Shown in pieces: positions 37,931-51,439 of a stretch of DNA of 64,000 nt. The notes beneath the pieces were generated by a model, which saw nothing but the letters and a program-made list of their open reading frames with translations, ran no database searches and had not been told where the DNA came from. The stretch comes from Iphione sp. A-MEVVRFRX5 (lineage: Eukaryota): positions 145,452,001 through 145,516,000 of the forward strand of contig OZ320313.1 of NCBI GenBank assembly GCA_976226885.1, given 5' to 3'. Position numbers and translations under genes: made by a program. Within the stretch, counting starts at the first letter, position 1. Every line of letters starts with the position of its first letter.

Positions 37931-40900
37931 CCATTGTTTTTCCACCAGTAGGTATCACCCGTGTGTAAACTCGCCAAACTTTCTGGGCTATTTTTTTTTC
38001 TTAGATAAAGTTCGCATCAAGAGACACTAGCACCAATAGAAAGACACCGGTAGCGGAGAGGTGCACTAACATACAAACGATTCAAGGTGACACAATAAAC
38101 CAGCACTGTTTACTACTGCATTTACTTGTATACATGTAAGACACGCTTTTCGGAAATGAAGATGATCCAAACCCATCATTGATTTCTGATTAATGGAATT
38201 TGGGAAAGGTTTAATTAACTTTACGCCCGTCCCCACTTCTAATGAGAACGACGAAGCCATGTGCTCCAAACCAAATTTCATTCAAATTGTGGCCGGACCT
38301 CGGCCCAGCCTTGGATGATGAAAGCTGCAGGCGGCAGCCAATTTGTCCTCAGATCAGTCTAATTGACCTTAAACCGACAGGTCTGATGGTTGACCATTCG
38401 CCAGACAGGAGCCACCTGCCCCCGGGGCCCCCTCTCGCACTTAATCCTCTCTCCTCTCACTCCTCCCTCACCCTTCCCACTGCCTCCCATCTTCATGTGG
38501 AACAAATCACTTTGTCCTCAGGGCGTTCCAAGCGAGGTCACTGTCAAATGTTTCTGGTAGTGTTACGCAATCGTCCCCACTTCTCGTCCTGTCTACGTCT
38601 TTTTTAGGGGTGACGTGACTAACTAGTTGTCGCGGTTCTTTTTTGAATTTACCAAGTTGAGTCAACAAACAGGTCTGCTTTGGAAGGTTTTACGTGGAGC
38701 CGCAATATTTAAAACTTCCTCCTCTCACCTGCTTATTCGGAGGGGCCTCTTCTCCGTTCATGTGCGCTTGTGACGTAAGTCATGACGTCATAATGCCCGA
38801 CACGCCTGAGTAGGACGCAGTGAACCGGGATGTGTCATCTCAAGGCAGATTACTACCTTCCTCTTCCCACTAAACCGCGTGGTTGAGTCCCACCGACAGA
38901 CACAGCAGAGACAAAAAGAAGCTTAAAAAAGTGAAATCAGCAAGACCGCTCGAGTTCCAACAAACGCGGTGTCACTGAAGTAGTGCAGAGAGCAAACGGA
39001 GCTACAGTCTGTATGAACCCTAACCAAAAGAACGGACAGGATTCACGCTCCGATTTTTTCCTCGTGGATGTAGTATGATATCGGGGAAAGAATATCATCA
39101 GTAAAAGAGCTACTGGAATAAACAGACTTCGTCTTCACCCATTAATTTTAAATAAAGCCTACACGTTCCTTCCTCACCTTTTTTTTACCTTTTTCATCTT
39201 AGTGGTCTTTAATAATTATCGATCCAGCTTATCATCACAGCTCATTGATACCGGTAATTACTATTTCACACTCAATCAATTGATTTACCCATGTTAAGAG
39301 ATAACAAGGGAACACATTTAATTAATGCATTGCTATTATTTATGGCGATTCTCCTTTCTGACGATCTTTCCTGAACGTTTCCGTGGTGTTTATAACTATG
39401 AATGATAATTTCCCCGTTATCTATTATTCGTTTGACATGGTCGTTGCGCTACAATTTCCCCGTGTGGTGGAGAGAATTTCCACACATATGGCGAGATTGA
39501 AATAATCGTGAATTCAATAACTTAGTGAGCAAGTACATTGTATCTTATCGCCGATGTCACTGATACTTAGGTTTAGTTTTTCTTTCTAATTGTAAGAGCC
39601 GCAACTAGTGCAGTCGAAACCGTAAGTAAAGTTTCCTCGCTCACGTATCACATTAGCTGTAATATGCGGTAGTCTCTGAGTGTCAACCGTCTTGACATCA
39701 AGTCAGACCTCGCTGCTTTGCATCTCTACTATTGTTGACAGAATTTTATCCGAAGTACTGAATAATCTGAAGCAATGATCATTATATATTGTAAAGGATT
39801 ATGTTACCTCATATGTTCGAAGTGCTGAAAATCCAAAGGTTTAGAGTTTTCAATGTAGCGAAGTCTGACTGTAGATAGAGACCATTCTTTTGTTTGATAT
39901 ACCTTGCCAGAAGAAGGCAAAAATACATTGTACCTGTATGCGCACTTGATAAGCGCACGCGGCAGAATTTGGTTACTGGTTTCTCTAAATCTGGAGAAAA
40001 CACGCGTACACTCTCTTGAAAAAGAGTGAGGTCCAGTCGCAGAAATACCAGCTGTGTCGTACCACATTACATCGCTTGGTTATAATCCGATTAACGGCAA
40101 CAGATTTGACCATTCCGGTGGATATTTCACAACTCCATTTCGGCATTAGGTTAGAACTATATTAGGCCCATCCACACAGGAGTGACACATTTAATAGCTT
40201 GGAGCGGTAACTTGGAGATATACATTTGGTTATTACTAGAGGAACCTTATGGAAGCCACCCTATCCACCCAATAAATATAATGTATTGTATATTATATAG
40301 TCACCGTAAGACATGTTTCACATGTATCCCCTGTTCATGCTAACAGATGCATTTGGGGAATTTTGTAACAACCCAAACCAAGGCTTTTAAGAACTCTCTT
40401 CACATGCTCATGATAGTTACACTAACACATCTGTTAGTATTTCACCAATCAGTCCAGGCTGGGTTTTAGCGTAAATGGATGCGTTATCCCATAGAAAAGC
40501 ATCTCAGGGGTACTTGCCTGAACATCCAGAAACAATTGCATCATGTACTCAGTGGGAGTTTATGCACAATGCACCATTGTGTGTGAGAACCTCAACCGAT
40601 ACATGTGAAGACTGCCTAATGCCAGCGAAAGGACACCACAGATTTCAGATCATGAGCGTGATCAGTACTGATCTTCGAATTTTCGCTTACACATCCCACT
40701 GTTACGTACAGTGTTATTTCTACTTGTAAACATGAACCACAGAAGATGGCACAGGACAAGCCCCGATATGCCGATAGGGCTCCCCGGACTGCGTCGACGA
40801 TAGGTCCTGCTAGCTTAGCTCTTGCCTGACGTCATCGATCAGGTGATTTTCTGGACCATTTCACGGCCTCTTGTCGCTCTGCGTTGGTGTTTTTTTTTTG

Positions 40901-40964
40901 TTATCTGCTTTTGACAGCGGTGCTTCAAATAACTAATATAGTCATTTATAGGGAAACTGATCTG

Positions 40965-40997
40965 CACGCACACACACACACACGCACACACACACAC
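40965..40997. repeat. (CA)n interrupted microsatellite
   Basis: Direct reading. Confidence 0.9.
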
Positions 40998-41284
40998 GTA
41001 TATAGTTGGATGTACCGTGGGGCACAGGGCCAGTAGCAGAGGGATTAATGTGGAGGGTGGTCAGATTAGCGGAGGGTCACTTTGTGCAGGCAGGTCAGTT
41101 AGCAGATGGGTTTAGGAAGGGTATAAATATGTTTTGCGGAGATTCTTTGCAGTTGCATCTGGGTTGTCATGGAATAAACTGTTCAACTTTGCTTCTGAGT
41201 CGAATCATTTATGGCGGAGGCCAACAATATATATACTCGAACTCACAAATCACTGTGGCCATAAATAGGGTCTACACTGTATTT

Positions 41285-41428
41285 GTGACCATTCTCTATA
41301 TGAGACAAACTGAAATGGGAACAAAAATCATAGTTTCCATAGGAATTGTTATCGATTTACGACCAAATTCACCAGTACGACCACTTGAGCTTGGTCCCAA
41401 GTGGTGGTCGTAAATAGACTCTCCACTG
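41285..41428. mobile_element. Tc1/pogo-like MITE copy (right end ...CCACTG|TA)
   Basis: Ends aaatagactctccactg|ta, has internal cgaccac inverted motifs, and a similar end sits just upstream at ~41264-41282. Confidence 0.5.
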
Positions 41429-42653
41429 TATGTTTATACATGTACATATGTACAGTACAATGAGTATACACAAGGACGTACATGTACACACAACGCATAG
41501 CAGGTGTATATACCTTAGGTTGTTAGAAAGTGCTTAATGGTCCTGTGTGAGTCATTTTAATGGTAGTTTTCATTACCACGTGACTTTGTGCTGTTGTGCA
41601 ACTCTGGTTACGTTCTGTCAGATTTACTAGTGCTAATTAGTTTGTCTCCACGCCCACTGTCTACGTAAACGGCGTAAACTAGTTCATATCCCCAACCCTT
41701 GCAGTGATTACTGGAATAACTCGTCATTTGAGTAGGTCAAAAGCCTTTAAAATTATTCCATGAGAGGTTTTCATGCGAGACGTTCATGCCACAAATGTTT
41801 TTCTCTTCACCATAATAACAGGAAGAGAAACTGAATGCTGATAGGGGGATACATGGTGATAGTACAGTGCACAGGTCACTGCGAATTAGTACCGTGACCT
41901 GATGGGGTCCTAGGGTGTGTGGTGCACGGGAATTAGCCTTGGTATTTCAAGACGGTAGTATTCGGGACATGTATTATTAGCTTCTAAACAGAGAAAAGGA
42001 AGTTTTTCTCACAACGTGTTCAAAGTGTAAAATTACTTCCAAATGCTGTTTCTTCTTTCATTTCAACTGTGTATTTGCTCGTCTTCCGCTTGCTGTATGT
42101 AGCAGTAGATTTACCAGTAGTCCACCCTTTAAAAAGGATAGCTGAATTAAAATCTTTTCATATTAATCTATATGCGCATTAAACGTTTTTACGTCTGTTG
42201 TTATTTTGCACATCCCACATGGTGTTCTTGATGAATCTGTGGCTTCTGGTTTGGCAAATTGTTTAACTTTGTCATAGGCCCCCCTGCTCTGTCAACAGGA
42301 TGCCATAATAAAAATGTTGTGTCAAGCATGCCTAGAGCCGGATTCCTTAGAACAGACTATACGGGCTGTGAGTATAATAGATAATATAATGTATGCACAG
42401 CAATGTGTATTTGATACAGTCAGACAAAGCAGAAAACAACACCGGCACATTCAGGATGAAGGTTCGGGACCAAAGTTTACATAACAGATTGCACTGTTTG
42501 GGAGGAGGCACTTCAAAAACGAGGTTTCCAAGGATAATAATACAAATGGAGAACACTACTGATAAAGTTTCGAAATTTCACAAGTGTCGTGAAAAGAAAA
42601 CTTGGTCCGTGTTCAGCACCAAAGAAAGGTCTGATGGGGGTGCCCCTCCCTCA

Positions 42654-42734
<81 letters not shown>

Positions 42735-42746
42735 GTCTGTCTGTCT
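42654..42746. repeat. Compound (TCTG)n(TC)n microsatellite
   Basis: Direct reading; it explains the SVCL and TDRQ repeat ORFs in the track. Confidence 0.97.
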
Positions 42747-43970
42747 TTCTCTTGCTCTCACTGTCTTGCAATGTGCATGTACCTGTGCCTGTACACGAAT
42801 ACTTCTGATCGGTTTGAACTGTGTACAATGTTCGGACCAGCAGCACACATGTACACCTGACCCGGTATATAGTTCTCTCAGAAATATACATCCTACATGC
42901 GTGCACTGGGTGGGAGATCAAGCATGTGCATACTGTGAAAAGCATGTTGTGTATCTTTGCCTAGTCATGTGCACATATAGTAGAAAATCTCTAACCGGGA
43001 CACCCTTGATTCTTTCCAAAACTGTCCCTAATTGAGAAGTGCCCCTATTATAGACCTTTGAATATGAAGCCAGACGTTCCGGTGCATATCCATGGTATCT
43101 GTTCCCCCTTTTTCGTGTACATCTATGCTTTTTGTGGGTTTGTTTGTGTAGTGAAACACACACCTACATCTGCATTGGAACATACGTTAGAGTATCTGTT
43201 TCCTTCTTGCACAAGTCAGCGGAGCTGTTGAATGTTTTTGTGTATATATAACAAAGAAGAGACCCCATATGGTCACGGTTTCATCAATGGAAATGCAACA
43301 CTAACTGGGAACGTAGCATTTTGTCATAAAGTACACCCCAAAAAGTACATGCATACACATAAGGAGTCCCCAGATTACGCTGGGCGGCTTAGGCCAACGC
43401 GAACAATTCAAACGTATGGAATATTCATAATGCTGAAGGCCAGGTACAAAAAGCAACTTGACGCAGTCGCTTCTTGGGAATTATATGGGAACCCTTCTGG
43501 TGATTTGTCTAGTACTCCCCACTCCCACGTGTGCATTGTTTTCTTACACACTTCAGACATGTCTGCCATCAAAGCCCCCCTGCCGTTAATATGATAACAT
43601 TCGAACCTACGTGACCTTAGCGTTCCGGATTATTGAGTTCAGACTTGCCTACCTAGAGAGCTGTAACCTTCAGGACTACAGGGATCTGATGGCATTCGAT
43701 TGGATGCAAAGAATGCACAGCACGTCACTAATTTGTGTCGACCTTGTGGATGCCGAGAACATTTAGGATCAAAGTGTAGGTGCCACAGCTCCCCTGCCGG
43801 CCACGTTGGGAAACGTCCCTTTCTCCAAGGGAGTTAACGTCGGTGATGATCGAGGAGAAGTACACATCCTCCCGGCCAAGCAAGTGACCCGTGACATTGT
43901 ATCACACATCTTATACACATGGAATAATTCGGCTAATTTCATTACAAAACTTACCCCAAGTATGTGTGCC

Positions 43971-43997
43971 GGTGGGTGGGTGGGTGGGTGGGTGGGT
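43971..43997 (+). repeat. (GGGT)n repeat, G-quadruplex-capable
   Basis: Six GGG tracts separated by single T. Confidence 0.9.
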
Positions 43998-46649
43998 GTG
44001 TGAATGGGAGGCAACTGATGTGCCGTTAACCGCTCTCGCAGCAGCCGCAAACCATATTAGACCAATACCGTATTCGCATATTTGAAAAATATGTCGGTCT
44101 AGAAACGTCAGCTTCAGACAATGTCCATTCGTATTTAGAAGTGTCACGCTGTTGTCTGACGAGACAGCAAGTAGGATCTCTATTGTTTACCTAGAGGGTC
44201 GCTCCTTGAACAAGAAAGAACCGTGCATCGGTGATAATTAACACCTTGACACTTCCCCAACGATGGAATGAAAGGAAACATGTCGCCTTGTGCATCTATA
44301 TCCGTGCAAGTGAGCCAGCTCATTGTTCTCAGCACTCCGTCGTATGTAGCCTCAACCAGAATTCTGCTATTCTGTGCTAATCACCCCCCCACCCACCTCC
44401 CCTTGGACGATCGTTCCGAAGACAGTATTTGTAGGTTTAAAAGAAGACTGGTTGGGCAGGTCATGTCAAGTGGAAGAATCTGGAGTCCTGCGTTGATTTG
44501 GTATTGATAATAAAATAATAGTCATGAGTTGTGTTGGTCATCGTGTGATTAATAAGTTTTTTTTATTACTTAATGAACATGAAACAGTAGAGCTTTGACC
44601 GATACATGCTTCAGTAATCTCTATATCACATGTAGCTTGTCCAATTGGAGGATATTTCGGCTCGTGGTCCGTCGAACTTTGGTGAACAAAATTAAGTGAA
44701 AGAATGACAAGAATGTCCGTGATTCTACGCGCAGCAAAAACACGCTTATCAAGAAGCCAGCGACATGAGAGTGCAATTCGATCATCTTTTCTTGTTGAAA
44801 ACAAATGAGTCGCGCGTGCTGTTTCTTATCGGCCTCTCTTGCCTGTCAAACGCTGCGTTTTCCTTCAAGATGAAAGAGAAACCTGGCTTTAGTCTGACGG
44901 CTTCAAAACTCTTCCAGTTTCTCATGTTTACGTGGAAATGTTCCTTTGGGAAAGAAATTCTGGGACATTTTAACCAATCAGAATCACATACAGACCTTTG
45001 CTTTCATTAATGTGTCTTTCTTGAGATACATTTCACTTTTCGGCAGCCACTTCGTTTCTTTTTGAGGGGAGAATGTCATCTTTGTGTCACGATCCATCCA
45101 AGTCACCTTTCCCGCTTTTCTTCCCAAGGAGCGAATGGTTCACGATGACGTTGTCTTTGTCGAACTGGTTAGGCTCCTGGCTGCTCTGGCTGAGGAGCGC
45201 CTTCCAGACAGACGTTGTATTTTTATTGGCCACATTTTCCACGCGCGCGCAAAGGCACGCACAATGCTCTCTTGCCTGGCGTCTCTACAATGGCGAAATT
45301 AGGGGAGCGCTCTGCATTCGCCCATACCTTTAGAAAAGCTCCTGACAGGTTTCTTCGACTGCGTGGGGCCAGGTTCTTTACCAAACTGGAATTTATTTTG
45401 CAGCAAATGGATAGCATAAGTGGTAATTTACTCTTCGGTACAAAGGTCGGCTTGGGAACTTTGGAGAAGAAGATACTAACAAGCTATGGCTTAGGTGACT
45501 TTTTCTGTTAGAAACGGTTTGGATCAGATGTGCGAGTTGTGTCAGTATTACACAATGCCGCGCACGCAGATCTACTACACTGTCATTGACATTCGGGTAA
45601 CTTGATCTACGCTTGTTAGTTCTATGGGAAAGAAATAATGACACATTTCTTTGTGGTGCATTCCCGTGTGTATCAACTGCATATGCTCCCCTTCTCTGCT
45701 CGCTAATGGATTCTTTAAACAAAAGGCCAAAGGACTGTATTCGTGTAATAGATAGGCAAAGTTCCTTTATTCCCGCTATATATTGCAAGTCCTATCCAAT
45801 TTCCCATTGAACATTATGAACTTATCATTTCTTCCTCACATCGGCATGTTGACGGCTGCCACGGCTGCGACTCTCCTCAGGACTGCAGATAACGCGCTCA
45901 GACTATTGTACCCGTTGTTCCATCTAACTACTTGTTTGTGCAGCGCGTGACCTTATCATGAAACCAAATCCCGTGTATCTTCCATACGTTCATATACGTA
46001 AGAGTTCTGGAACAAAAACAGGGAGATTATCCTCATTAGGCATGTTTACATTTAGACCTCTGATTTTATCTTATACTGACGCCAAGTATAATAATACCAG
46101 ACGTTTATGGCGCTGTTTGCCTAGAAGATCAGCCTGGTCATCGTTTGATTGAAAGCAGTCTCTATCACTCCGTCCCACATACATATATACATGCGTTTGC
46201 ATCTACTGAGATATATTATATCCGGTTATATCGGCGCAGTATCTTTGGTATTGGTCTCAAGTTACTTTTTTAAAAAATCATACTGCCTCTGCTCTCTGTC
46301 CCCGGCCTGTTAGTCTTTGTTTTGTATACATGTATCTCTTTTTTCAAAGTTTCATCAAGAAGAAACAACTCACCTCTAGAGAGGTGGCTTATGAAGTGGC
46401 GCCCCAGTATATCATACTTGCTTGTGGAAAGTTGTGAATCTTGTCTTCTTTGTCTCTGTTCGTCTCTAATCTCACTATTCTTGTCTCTGTCTCTCATCCC
46501 TTATTCCCTCTGCGTCCATATTCTTTAAACCCTTATCTGTATCTCATCATTCGCTTTATTCGTATTTGTTTACACTGCCCAGTTTTCATGATCTTCATCC
46601 CTAATATTGTGCCCATCTATCCGCCTCTGGCCTTGCCTCTTGCTGCTTT

Positions 46650-47260
46650 TGGCGATGACGTCAGACTGGTGGCGCAGTAAATGAGTCAGTCCGGAGCATC
46701 TCCGTCTTTTGCGGCTCATCAAGTCACTCACCACAAACGTTTTAAATGACTCAACGATTCATCCCTCCTTTTATTGTATTATATCCAATGTAAGTGCATG
46801 AAGATGTAGCAACTGTTTAAAAAAAGTGACATGTATATGCATTCGGAAGATGGTGAGGACATGCAGAAAGAGCGCACAACTTCCGGTCATGTGGCTGCGT
46901 CTCGCTGCATGTAAGCGAGGACCTGTGTTGCATTGAATGTACCTAAGTGGCGTCTTCAATAGTCCATGAGGATCCACCCACCTGACATTGGCGTTCGTAG
47001 GCGCGGCTGTTTGTCTGCGTGACGTTAGTGCTGGCACGGAGGAGAGTGTCACATGAGTGGCTTCAGCTCGGCTGTTGGGGGAGGGCGGGGGGGAGGGGGG
47101 TGGCGGGGCTAAGCGGGGCGCTAACCTGCACAGCATCGCCATCTGTTGACGCCATGCCAGCACCACCTGTGAACTCACCCCCGCCGTGTACCCCATACGC
47201 AGCGGGCGCCACAAGGCTTGCCTACCAAGGAGCACCCCAGGCACCCGGAGTACTACCCCT
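46650..47260. promoter_or_regulatory. Motif-dense GC-rich candidate promoter or enhancer
   Basis: CRE TGACGTCA at 46656, AP-1 at 46682 and 46747, ETS ACTTCCGGT at 46879-46887, ATTGG at ~46987, GC box and G-tracts at 47076-47120. Confidence 0.45.
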
Positions 47261-48708
47261 CGACGGACCTTTGTGATGGCCACTTCATAACTACACATTT
47301 GCTAGTTCACCAGCCGTCTCCGGCTAAACGGTTCTTGCGGACCCACAACACGGGTATGGTTCATCACGTGCCACGTGGAGATGAACGAGTCATAGAAATT
47401 ACAAGAGAAAATCTCAGCTGGGGCCCGAAAGGTTCACGTTTGATAAATTCACCTCAGAGAGATGCACCTAAGGACGTCTGAAATACTGTTAGAATATTGA
47501 AAATATAGTGGCAAAATCCTTTTTTTTTGCAAGCGCTTTCATGTTTCTGCAAATATTATCGTCAAATCTAAAATCCTGTTTTGATACAGCTTAGTTAATC
47601 ATACTCGGTCTGACTATTCGCCCAAAGGCGACTTTGGAAGGGCTCTCCGCATTCCCTGTCCATCCAAAGCAATCAGTGCAAATGTTCGTCAACTTCTCAA
47701 CAGAAAGAGTTGCCAGTGTATATTGTAATGCTCGTCACCTAGAATGCCCCAAATTTATAATAGATTTCGGCATGTCCAGGATATAGCCTCATCCACTGGC
47801 TCTGGTGAGAAAGTCTACTTACAAAAGAAATAGAAAGCGTAGAAGTGATTGTCAGGGATAGACGTATGAGTTGTTGAATCATTTACGTTAAAACGTAATA
47901 TCTCACACCCTTTTATTTCGTAGTATATTGCAGGCTACTGTGTTAGCTAAACACCTCTATTCAAGGTGTTTATCGCCTTCAGCTTTCTTGTTCAAATAGT
48001 TTTCAATAGGCTACATAATTGTTCGCTTGTTTTTTCGATGTTATTAAATTAGCCTCAAGCATTTGTACTAAGTAAACAACGGTCAACTCTTATTCATTAT
48101 CTTACCAATACATGTGCGCGCATGTACATGTACTGACACCAAGAGGAACGATATAAATAACTTTATATTTCAAGGAAGGAGGGCATCTGCAGGAGATGTG
48201 TCATGTTGCTGAAATGTCACCAGCTGTTCGAAGTCCTCCTGTTGTAATGAGTGACAAGAATTAACACTCTCCTAACTTATACCGCCTCTCGATGCCCTTC
48301 ATTTGTTCAGCCGTCTCATTACCAGCCCAGCGGAAACGTACAAGATGTACTAGCATGCCTCCTGTCACTTGATGGCTGATGTAATGCCCCCCCTCCTCCG
48401 TCACGCACCTTACATACACGCAGGTGACCATGCAGTGATGTGGAATCTGCCCTCGACCTCATTAAAAATGTTCATTATCTGCTTTTCTCGTACACTAGAC
48501 AATAACCACCGAGGCCATCCGTCAGTATATTTTACTGGGACAACTTTTTCTTTCTTTTTTTTTCAGATTTAACGTGAAGATACAGTGGTTTTCTCCGATC
48601 AGTCTGTTCTCCATGTTCATGCCCCTATGGTATCTATCTGTCTGTCTTCTTTCCATCCTGGCTATCCATGTATTGATCATTGGCCAGGTAGCATTTGTTC
48701 AAGTACGC

Positions 48709-48719
48709 GCACACACACA

Positions 48720-48750
<31 letters not shown>
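48709..48750. repeat. (AC)n microsatellite
   Basis: Direct reading. Confidence 0.95.
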
Positions 48751-48752
<2 letters not shown>

Positions 48753-49789
48753 AACGTTTGTATATGTTTCTCGCTGTCATTTGGTTATCGGCGGTTCAGA
48801 GCGCATAAAGAAATGTGCTTTTATAACAGATATAAGAGATTAATCGATTATTTAATCGTTCGTCCAAGTAGCCGACATGTGGATTAAATGACTGATAATC
48901 AACCTGGAAAGGTATATCAGTCTTTACAACTTGGCCTGATTATTGTGACTCATGCTTTACTGTCACCGTAGACATGAAAGGTGAACCCTGTGTGATATTC
49001 TTTCCTTACTAATGGCAGTTCCCAAGTGAAGTGAAAATAGAGGTATACTTTTCCAAGGGAGGTGAAAGTGCAGGCACATATATGTACCTTTCTGCAAGAA
49101 ACCTTCCATAAAAAGAATCTGAAGAGCAGAGTTGAGTTCCTGTACAGCCTAAGGTCACTTTCTCCACATCTGTTATGAAGTAATTACGCCTAAAGCAATT
49201 TGACAAAGATGCATACGTCTCTATAGACAGTCAATCAAACTGAAATTTCGTCCATCTTTATTAGATTTAAGACCAGTTTACGTAATGTTTTCTTTTGATA
49301 TGGTTCTAGCAGACCAGCAGTCAAAGTGAGCTTGATTTGGGCTGGTTTTTTATTAAATGCCAGTAGGATGAAAGTTACAGTCGGCCATTGACTCAGTTAT
49401 CCAAGCTGGAGTGTAAGTTAGCTTATCACTGTAAATACTCTGGTAAAATGGTGTTGTTATCTCACATATTCAATAGAGAGCAGGCCACATTTAGGCTGGC
49501 TTTCCATGTCTATAGAGATCTGGAACCCTTGGCTGCATACTCCGGAAAAAATGACCCTATTGTGTTCAGCATAATTCTTTCAATGTTACAGTTGTCAGGT
49601 GTCCGTGCTCAATGCTCCAGGGCCATCTGGAGATCGAAAGTGGCCCTGGACTGTAAATTTACATATTTTCCAGAATCTGGAGACCAATATGGATGAGCAA
49701 CATACTGAAATAGGTGTTTTAAGTAGAAACTGTGTAACATATGTAGATGATGTGAAATATTTTGCATTTTGCATTTCATTTTTATTAAA

Positions 49790-49935
49790 AAAAGACTCAG
49801 TTTACACAGATTTGGACAGAATTCCTTGAGATCTATGAAAAACTCACTGTTTACACAGAATCGCATAGAATTCTGTAAAATCGACACAAAAAACTCACAG
49901 TTTACACAGATTTAAACGGAATTCCTTGAGATCAG
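49790..49935. repeat. ~50-bp degenerate tandem repeat, 3 copies
   Basis: aaaa.ctca..gtttacacaga recurs at ~49790, 49838 and 49890; gaattccttgagatc occurs twice. Confidence 0.8.
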
Positions 49936-51224
49936 TGTCACCCCACCTGTCACCTGCCTCTCCTCTGTCTCTGTGCTGTCTCTCCCCTGGCTCTCCCAGC
50001 CTATAGCAATACACATGGAAAGCACCTCTCAGAGAGGTGTGGAGAAGTGTGGAAAATCGTCTGATTTTGCAGACACCCATGCAATGCAGAAGAAAACCTG
50101 TACACATGGAAAGCCGGCCTTATAGTTGATTATGAGGAGAAGAGGCTGGTCTTAACTATATGGAGCGACACCTACCACAATTTTTCAGCAGAGACATCCT
50201 GTTATCTTTAAGCAAGTGGACATTTTGCCTAGAACTCCATCTGATAAGACTGGAGAGCTTCACCTGATAATCCTCGAGTTTGCTGAGCCTGCTTGGGACA
50301 GCTTGTGATGCGGGAGAGCACGCATAGGTAGCTCGGGACCATCCTGATTGACACAGGGTCACTGGGAGCGCAGGGGCTCTTGAGGCAAACATGTGTAGAT
50401 AGCTTACAACCGCCCCCTGTATGGCTGGGTGGGCATCATGACTTGAGCATGTTCATGCAGCTCATGATTGACACGAGCCATGCTCTCTGATTGACACCAG
50501 CTTGCTTGGAGGGCAAGGGCGGGGGCCTGCTTAGCCAGCTCACCAGCGCCTAACCAGGCTTGGATTATGAGAATATCTGGTCTGTATCCGTGTTTCACGT
50601 TCGAGACGGAAACACGGAAAAGAAAAGGAACCATGTCTGCACATATTAGTTAATATTACATTATTATCCAAATTACATATCATTTACATAAACAGACTGT
50701 ACAGTTTCCACCAATATGCTCCAATCACCATGAAATAACAGCACAGTTTCCACCAATATGCTTCAATTTCCACGAAAAATGGCATAGTTTCCCAAGGACT
50801 AGGGAGTCCGTACACATGGAAAATGGGCCTAAGTGTGGAATTGGGGTTTCAGCCAGCCATGTGGTAGAAAGCCATGCTACTATAAACAATGAAGTCAAAT
50901 CCCGCTTTCTGACTGAGATCGCCATAGAGTGTCACTGTATTGTCCGATGTCAAAAATGTGACAAAAGAATCCTCATGGAAGCTGTCAACAAGGTGCATGG
51001 AAGTCTATTTTGGACCATAGTTACCACTTTAGTTTCAGATGTGCTGAAAAGTACTAAGAATCTTGAGGGGTGGGGGTGAGGAGGGGGGGGCGGAGGTACC
51101 AACTGCTGTTGACTTAAAATGAATTGCACCCCCTCTGGCTGCAGATTAATGACCCTATGTTACATGCACAAGACGAACAAATATTATATACATACATACA
51201 TGTATATGCATGCACACGTGTCCC

Positions 51225-51332
51225 CATTAGAGACTTCTTTTAATATAGAACAAATAGGATCTGTTCTTTCCAAAAGTGTCTTTATTAGTGATGTCCTTAT
51301 TTGAGACATGTCCATTAGGTGGTTTTCCACTG
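51225..51332. mobile_element. Tc1/pogo-like MITE copy, right half
   Basis: Ends ggttttccactg|ta; internal ttctttccaaaa.tgtc is shared with ~43010 and ~3785. Confidence 0.5.
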
Positions 51333-51439
51333 TATATGTATATTATTTTTATAATTGTGTGCCACAATACGCAGTGCTGTACAAAGGGCATTTTTCACTT
51401 CCTTTGCTTACCACAGCGGGGGAAAAGTTTGCCAGGTTA

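Noticed and set aside
42393-43035. 110-155-aa ORFs with SVCL or TDRQ repeats
   Set aside because: Products of the (TCTG)n(TC)n microsatellite.
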